The notes under the pieces were generated by a model that saw only the letters and a list, made by a program, of their open reading frames with translations, was not told where the DNA came from and searched no databases. A DNA stretch of 32,000 nt, taken from NCBI RefSeq assembly GCF_001902295.1, contig NZ_CP018335.1:1852750-1884749 (forward strand). The letters run 5' to 3'. The stretch's first letter is position 1. Every line of letters starts with the position of its first letter. Source of the stretch: Clostridium kluyveri. Lineage in GTDB: Bacteria > Bacillota > Clostridia > Clostridiales > Clostridiaceae. Below, one piece after another: positions 27,116 to 32,000 of the stretch. Both the position numbers and the translations under genes were made by a program.

Positions 27116-28417
27116 ATGAATCAAATAAAACAAGATAAGAAGAAGTTTAAAATGACCTATTGTATAGGAACAAATTTTGATCCAGAATTGATTGAAATAA
27201 TTTCAAAGTATAATAAACAAAATATCTTTAATTCTGTTTTCGGTAAATTAAAAAGTGACTTCATTGGCGGAGGTAGAGCATCTACATTTCTTCCTGATAT
27301 ATCTATGAAAGAATTAAAAAGTTATATTAAATTATGTCATGATAATGATTTAGCATTTAATTATCTAATAAATCCTATGTGTATGGAAAATCAAGAAGTT
27401 GAATCGAGCAGTCATATGAAAATATTAAGGTATCTTTATGAACTTATTAACATAGGAATAGATTCTATTACTATAAATTCTCCTTATTTATGTGAAATAA
27501 TAAAAAAACAGTTCCCGGATTTAAAGGTAGTTATAGGATTATATGCTTATATTTACGATATACATCATGTACGATATTGGACAAACCTTGGCGCTGATGA
27601 GATAACTTTAGGACATAAAATTAACAGGGATTTTGAAGCATTAGAAAAAATGCTAATTTATACAAGAGATAAGAATGTTTCAATGAGACTTATTGCTAAT
27701 AATGTATGTCTGCATTCATGTCCTTATGCTGTAATGCATGGGACAGGGCAATCTCATGCAAGTCAAAAATGTAATGCATCAAAAGCAGAATATATAGACT
27801 ATTGTATATTGAAATGCTTAAATGAGAAAGTGAGAAATCCCGTTAATTTAATTAGTTCAGATTGGATTAGGCCTGAAGATATAGGATATTATGAGGAACT
27901 TTGCAAAAAGACAAATAATTATAAATTATCTATAAAACTTGTAGAAAGAACTAAGACTACAGAATTTCTTACAAGAGTTATTAAAGCTTATGCTACCCGC
28001 TCTTATGATGGAAATCTACTTGATATACTTTTATGGCCTAAAATGAGTGAAATGTTAAAAGTCCAAAAAACACCAGAGCAGATGAAATTACTTGCAAGTC
28101 AATACAATGTAGATGAGCTTACCAAATATTTTGATATATTTAATCTTCCTGAAGTATATATTGATAATAAAAAATTAAATGGATTTTTAGATAAATTCGT
28201 AAAAAATTTTGAATGTGATAAAAAACTTTGTGCTGGAATGAATAATCAAGAGTTATCAGAGGGTAGTAAAGGTGTATCTGAAATTATATGTTCCTACTGT
28301 AATGAATGGGTAAATAAAGCTATTTCTTATGACAATGATGAAGTAAAAAAATGGCTGAATAAATATGATGATGTTGAAATGGGATTAAAAGAAAGTAGAA
28401 TATTTTCTAAAATTTAA
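27116..28417 (+). CDS. U32-family (UbiU/UbiV/peptidase U32-like) protein
   Basis: GIDSITINSPYLCEIIKKQFPDLKVVIGLYAYIYD, LGADEITLGHKINRDFEALEKM, RLIANNVCLHSCPYAVMHG; multiple Cys compatible with an Fe-S cluster. Confidence 0.7.
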   Translation: MNQIKQDKKKFKMTYCIGTNFDPELIEIISKYNKQNIFNSVFGKLKSDFIGGGRASTFLPDISMKELKSYIKLCHDNDLAFNYLINPMCMENQEVESSSHMKILRYLYELINIGIDSITINSPYLCEIIKKQFPDLKVVIGLYAYIYDIHHVRYWTNLGADEITLGHKINRDFEALEKMLIYTRDKNVSMRLIANNVCLHSCPYAVMHGTGQSHASQKCNASKAEYIDYCILKCLNEKVRNPVNLISSDWIRPEDIGYYEELCKKTNNYKLSIKLVERTKTTEFLTRVIKAYATRSYDGNLLDILLWPKMSEMLKVQKTPEQMKLLASQYNVDELTKYFDIFNLPEVYIDNKKLNGFLDKFVKNFECDKKLCAGMNNQELSEGSKGVSEIICSYCNEWVNKAISYDNDEVKKWLNKYDDVEMGLKESRIFSKI

Positions 28418-28495
28418 TTCCTAAATTAAATATATATAAATAGGAGTAATTTACCTTTTTATTTTCCTACCATATAATGAATGGTGATATATTTA

Positions 28496-28530
28496 GGGTG
28501 ATACCATATAAAATGGTGAAGCCCTTTTTT
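28496..28530 (+). terminator. Probable terminator between convergent U32 and AraC genes
   Basis: GGGtgatACCATataaaATGGTgaagCCCttttttt-like hairpin; preceded by a second ACCATataatgaATGGT palindrome at 28469..28485. Confidence 0.6.
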
Positions 28531-28621
28531 AAAGTTAATTATTGCTTATTTACCAATCTTCATTCAAAGGGGATAAGTATTGATTATGCCCCAATAAGTA
28601 AATTCTATCTGAACACATAAA

Positions 28622-29599
28622 TTACTTGATTCGGTGAATATTCCTGTAATTTTTTGGTCCTATGCCATAAGTTTTTTTAAAAATTCCAGCAAAATGTCCA
28701 GCATTATTATACCCTACTTTTGCTGCGATGTTTTTGATACTGTAATCTGAATCTTTTAATAACAAAAGGGCATAATTCATACGCATTTCTCTTAAATAAT
28801 CATAGGCTGTAGCCCCATAAATTTGTTTGAAGGCCATTTGAAATCTTGTTGTGCTCATGTTTGCAATTTTACCTAATTCCACTATAGAAGGATAAGAAGA
28901 TAGATTTTTTTTCATAAAATTAACAACTTTTTTTAAATATCTTAAATCTTTATTATCTAACTTTACACTTAAGGATTCCTGATATTGTCTTTGTTCTAGA
29001 TTGTGGGTAATTAAGGATAGTATTTCTAGAATTTTGCTTTCAAAATATAGTTGCTGGGAAGTGCCTTTTGCCTGGCAATCTCTAATCTGTTGAAAAATAA
29101 AATTTAATTCAGGAATATTAGGATTTTGTGATAAAAAGTGAAAAGCGTCTTTATGATTTTTATAATCTTTTAAATATTCATGATTCAAAAAGTTATGATA
29201 ATAATCTTCAGTTATTAATATTTTAGTAAAACGAGCTGGCTTTCCCACATCACAATAAGCATAGACCAATTTACTAGTATTTATATAGTAACAAATACCC
29301 CTTTCTACAAGGTTCAGTTTTTTACCTTTTATTTTAAAAGAACTGGAATCTGTTTCAAATTGACTTATCTCTAAATAATTTTGACTAATTTCAGATATAC
29401 GTACAAAATTTTCTTTTGGAGTAAAATCTGCAATCAATATAAAGAATAAATTATTCCAATTGATTTTTCGAAGAAATCCTTCTCCATATTGAGGAAACAT
29501 CTTATATGTACTGTCATAAGGGTAAGAAAGTTCAGGTATATATACAAAGTTTAGTTGTTTTAGGGCTATCTCATAATATTCTTCAAGGGATTTAATCAA
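28622..29599 (-). CDS. AraC-family transcriptional regulator
   Basis: C-terminal double HTH: LGKIANMSTTRFQMAFKQIYGATAYDYLREMRMNYALLLLKDSDYSIKNIAAKVGYNNAGHFAGIFKKTYGIGPKNYR. Confidence 0.92.
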   Translation of the reverse strand: MIKSLEEYYEIALKQLNFVYIPELSYPYDSTYKMFPQYGEGFLRKINWNNLFFILIADFTPKENFVRISEISQNYLEISQFETDSSSFKIKGKKLNLVERGICYYINTSKLVYAYCDVGKPARFTKILITEDYYHNFLNHEYLKDYKNHKDAFHFLSQNPNIPELNFIFQQIRDCQAKGTSQQLYFESKILEILSLITHNLEQRQYQESLSVKLDNKDLRYLKKVVNFMKKNLSSYPSIVELGKIANMSTTRFQMAFKQIYGATAYDYLREMRMNYALLLLKDSDYSIKNIAAKVGYNNAGHFAGIFKKTYGIGPKNYRNIHRIK

Positions 29600-29704
29600 A
29601 ATAAATTCCTCCTATTTATACAAATTCATTTAATGTTTTTAGTGTAACATAAAATAATATCACGATAAAGTCAAATAATATCATAATATAACTGTAATCA
29701 TGTT

Positions 29705-29842
29705 TAAAATATGGTTGTAATACTGTTCACATAAGGGATTACAGAGATTCTTAATTTTAAATTTGAACATGGGTATACATATTGCTTTGATATTTATTAT
29801 ACCATAAAATATGAATAGATAATAATTTTCATATGATAATTC
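29705..29842 (+). promoter_or_regulatory. Upstream region of MATE gene, homologous to 9114..9250
   Basis: Contains CCATAAAATATGaATAGATAATAATTTTCAT (29804..29834). Confidence 0.55.
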
Positions 29843-29879
29843 TAAAATTTTTCTAAGATTATACTAAAGGAGGGAAATC

Positions 29880-29951
29880 ATGAGGATTGCTATTGCGACA
29901 GTTACATCTAAAGATGTTTTAAATGATACAGCAACAAGAAAAAACCCATAA
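29880..29951 (+). CDS. Possible 23-aa leader peptide MRIAIATVTSKDVLNDTATRKNP
   Basis: Strong RBS aaaggaggg 5' of ATG; short frame ends 26 nt before the MATE start codon. Confidence 0.35.
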   Translation: MRIAIATVTSKDVLNDTATRKNP

Positions 29952-29977
29952 TTAGTTAGTGAAAGGAAATGGTAAAT

Positions 29978-31342
29978 ATGAGTGGAGATAGTAGAATAAA
30001 ATTAATGAGTGAAGGTAATATTTCTAAGAGTTTATTTAAATTTGGGATACCTATGATTGCAGCTATGCTTGTAAATGCACTTTATAATGTAATAGATGCT
30101 TATTTTGTAAGTGGACTTGGGACAAGTGCCATGGCTGCAGTATTTGTGGCATTTCCTATATCACTTATTTTTTCAGGAGTAGGATTGACTTTTGGAAGTG
30201 GTGGAGGATCTTATATATCTAGACTTTTAGGAGCAGGAAATAAAAATGAAGCCAGCAAAGTTGCATCTACAGCGTTATTAAGTTGTATATTTATAAGCAT
30301 AATTATAGCTATATTATTTTTGATTTTTTTAAGTGATATTTTAGTTTTTATGGGAGCCACTGAAACTATATTACCTTACGCAAAATCTTATGCAATTATA
30401 TTCATAATAGCATCAATAGTAAGTGCTTTTAATGTTTCTATGGGTAATCTAGCAGTATCCCAGGGTGCTTCAGTCATTTCTCTGGTTTCAATATTTACAG
30501 GTGCTATTTTAAATGTAATTCTATGTCCTGTATTTATATATGCACTTAATCTGGGAGTAAAAGGTTCAGCTATTGCAACGCTGGTGGCTCAAAGTGTTAC
30601 TGCTTTAATATATATATGGTATATTTTTAGTGATAAAAGTTATGTAAAAATATCAATTTCTAATTTTTCTTTAAAGAAAGAAATTTATTCTCAAATATTT
30701 AAAATAGGAGTTTCTATGCTTATTTTACAATTATTAACAACTATATCCATGGGATTGATAAATATGGCAGCTAGTGATTATGGAGATTCTGCAGTAGCAG
30801 CTATGGGAATTGTAACTAGAGTAGTTTCATTAGGTACTTATGTTGTGTTTGGATATATGAAAGGATTTCAACCAATGGCAGGATATAATTATGGGGCGAA
30901 AAATTACACAAGATTAAGAGAAGCAATAAAAGTTTCTCTTAAATGGACTACAGGCTTTTGTGCTATATGGACAATTGTAATGTTTGTTTTTTCAAGAGTC
31001 ATTGTTTCTATGTTCAGTAGTAATCTTGAAGTTATTGATATAGCCAATAGGGCGTTAAGAGCTAATAATATTATGTTTATTACATTTGGTTTTCAATTTG
31101 TATATTCAACATTATTTTTAGCAATTGGAAAAGCCAAGGCAGGGGGTATATTGAATATGGCAAGACAAGGCATATTTTTTATTCCTGTAATATTAATTTT
31201 GCCACAAATCATAGGGTTAAACGGAGTGATTTATACTCAAACCATTGCAGATTTATTTGCAACCATATTGACAGGTGTACTTGCATTAAGTATAAGAAAA
31301 CAGATAAATACTTTAATAAACATGGACAAATTACGGATATAG
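29978..31342 (+). CDS. MATE-family multidrug efflux transporter (alternative start 29969)
   Basis: 12-TM pattern; SLFKFGIPMIAAMLVNALYNVIDAYFVS, ALGVKGSAIATLVAQ-like (LNLGVKGSAIATLVAQSVTALIY), GFQPMAGYNYGAKNY. Confidence 0.94.
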   Translation: MSGDSRIKLMSEGNISKSLFKFGIPMIAAMLVNALYNVIDAYFVSGLGTSAMAAVFVAFPISLIFSGVGLTFGSGGGSYISRLLGAGNKNEASKVASTALLSCIFISIIIAILFLIFLSDILVFMGATETILPYAKSYAIIFIIASIVSAFNVSMGNLAVSQGASVISLVSIFTGAILNVILCPVFIYALNLGVKGSAIATLVAQSVTALIYIWYIFSDKSYVKISISNFSLKKEIYSQIFKIGVSMLILQLLTTISMGLINMAASDYGDSAVAAMGIVTRVVSLGTYVVFGYMKGFQPMAGYNYGAKNYTRLREAIKVSLKWTTGFCAIWTIVMFVFSRVIVSMFSSNLEVIDIANRALRANNIMFITFGFQFVYSTLFLAIGKAKAGGILNMARQGIFFIPVILILPQIIGLNGVIYTQTIADLFATILTGVLALSIRKQINTLINMDKLRI

Positions 31343-31362
31343 AAAGAACAGATGTAACAATA

Positions 31363-31442
31363 ATGTGATTATTAGGTTCAGGTGGAGTTTGTCTGTGAGA
31401 AATGCGTATCTCTACTTTAAAGAAAATGGTTTAGCTAATTAC
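31363..31442 (+). repeat. Dispersed intergenic repeat (ggttcaggtggagtttg... type), copy 2
   Basis: Aligns with 8962..9042. Confidence 0.65.
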
Positions 31443-31667
31443 TGTGTTGGAATAAAGATTATTAAACCTGTTTGAAGAACGAAAAATAATAACATGAAAG
31501 GATAGAAAGTTTAACTTTCTGTCTTTTTATGTTCAAATGATTATCACATATGTATTGTGATGTTATTAGATTTTTAAAAATTTGTTACAATATAATTAAA
31601 TCAAACTTATTTATACAGCATAATATGATAAAATCTATCTAAAAGAAAGCAGACTGGAGTGATATTA

Positions 31668-32000
31668 TTGGAAAACAAAGAATTACCTTTAATAAGTATA
31701 AAAGATTTGAAAATTAGCTTTGGGGAAAAACAGGTGTTGAAAGGGGTGAATTTGAAGGTATATAAAGGTGAAATTATAGGATATATAGGACCTAATGGTG
31801 CAGGGAAAAGTACTACGGTGAAAATAATGCTTGGACTCATAGGGGAATATGAAGGAGAGGTAAGAATCTTAGGACAAGACATAAGTGACGGTAATATAGA
31901 ATATAAAAGGAAAATAGGTTATGTACCTGAGACAGCAGAAATATATGATAGTCTTACAGCCAGAGAATACCTAACTTTTATAGGAGAACTCTACGGATTA
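31668..32000 (+). CDS. ABC transporter ATP-binding protein, 3' end truncated by window edge; TTG start
   Basis: Walker A IGYIGPNGAGKSTTVKIMLGL, Q-loop IGYVPETAEIYDSLTAREYLTF; RBS-like ctggagtg upstream. Confidence 0.9.
   Translation, partial: MENKELPLISIKDLKISFGEKQVLKGVNLKVYKGEIIGYIGPNGAGKSTTVKIMLGLIGEYEGEVRILGQDISDGNIEYKRKIGYVPETAEIYDSLTAREYLTFIGELYGL

Noticed and set aside
20929-31882. Antisense/shadow ORFs 20929..21162, 23667..23915, 23683..23880, 24512..24724, 24943..25128, 31607..31882
   Set aside because: Overlap NRPS, transposase or ABC ATPase coding sequence with clear motifs on the other frame.

Overview
AT-rich, Clostridium-like (low-GC Firmicute) window. From left to right: (a) a copper/metal module with CopA (truncated by the window edge), CopZ, an OmpR-type response regulator and histidine kinase, a secreted repeat protein, a CCGGGH-rich membrane peptide, a SHOCT-type protein and a YdjM-like membrane protein, with an IS3-family element inserted in the loop of a terminator hairpin; (b) a CWB2 cell-wall protein with a nearly identical 516-bp tandem duplication at its 3' end; (c) an iron-containing alcohol dehydrogenase and a promoter overlapped by a Fur-box-like palindrome; (d) two different IS110-superfamily elements, each with a candidate structured (bridge-like) noncoding RNA; (e) a compact biosynthetic locus: type II thioesterase (frameshifted at an A8 tract), SagB/McbC-type flavin oxidoreductase, a NRPS read as AL-ACP-Cy-A(Cys)-PCP-TD, a U32-family protein, an AraC-family regulator, a MATE exporter and the start of an ABC ATPase. 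The NRPS is split by a 1.85-kb IS with a perfect 8-bp target duplication. Removing the IS plus one TSD copy restores a continuous ~2126-aa protein. The adenylation code reads DLYNMSLIWK, one residue from the code I recall for Cys, so the most likely product is a 2-substituted thiazoline/thiazole-4-carbaldehyde (or alcohol). This locus is the best candidate here for an undescribed system, although this allele appears damaged. All assignments come from reading the sequence; no database search was run.
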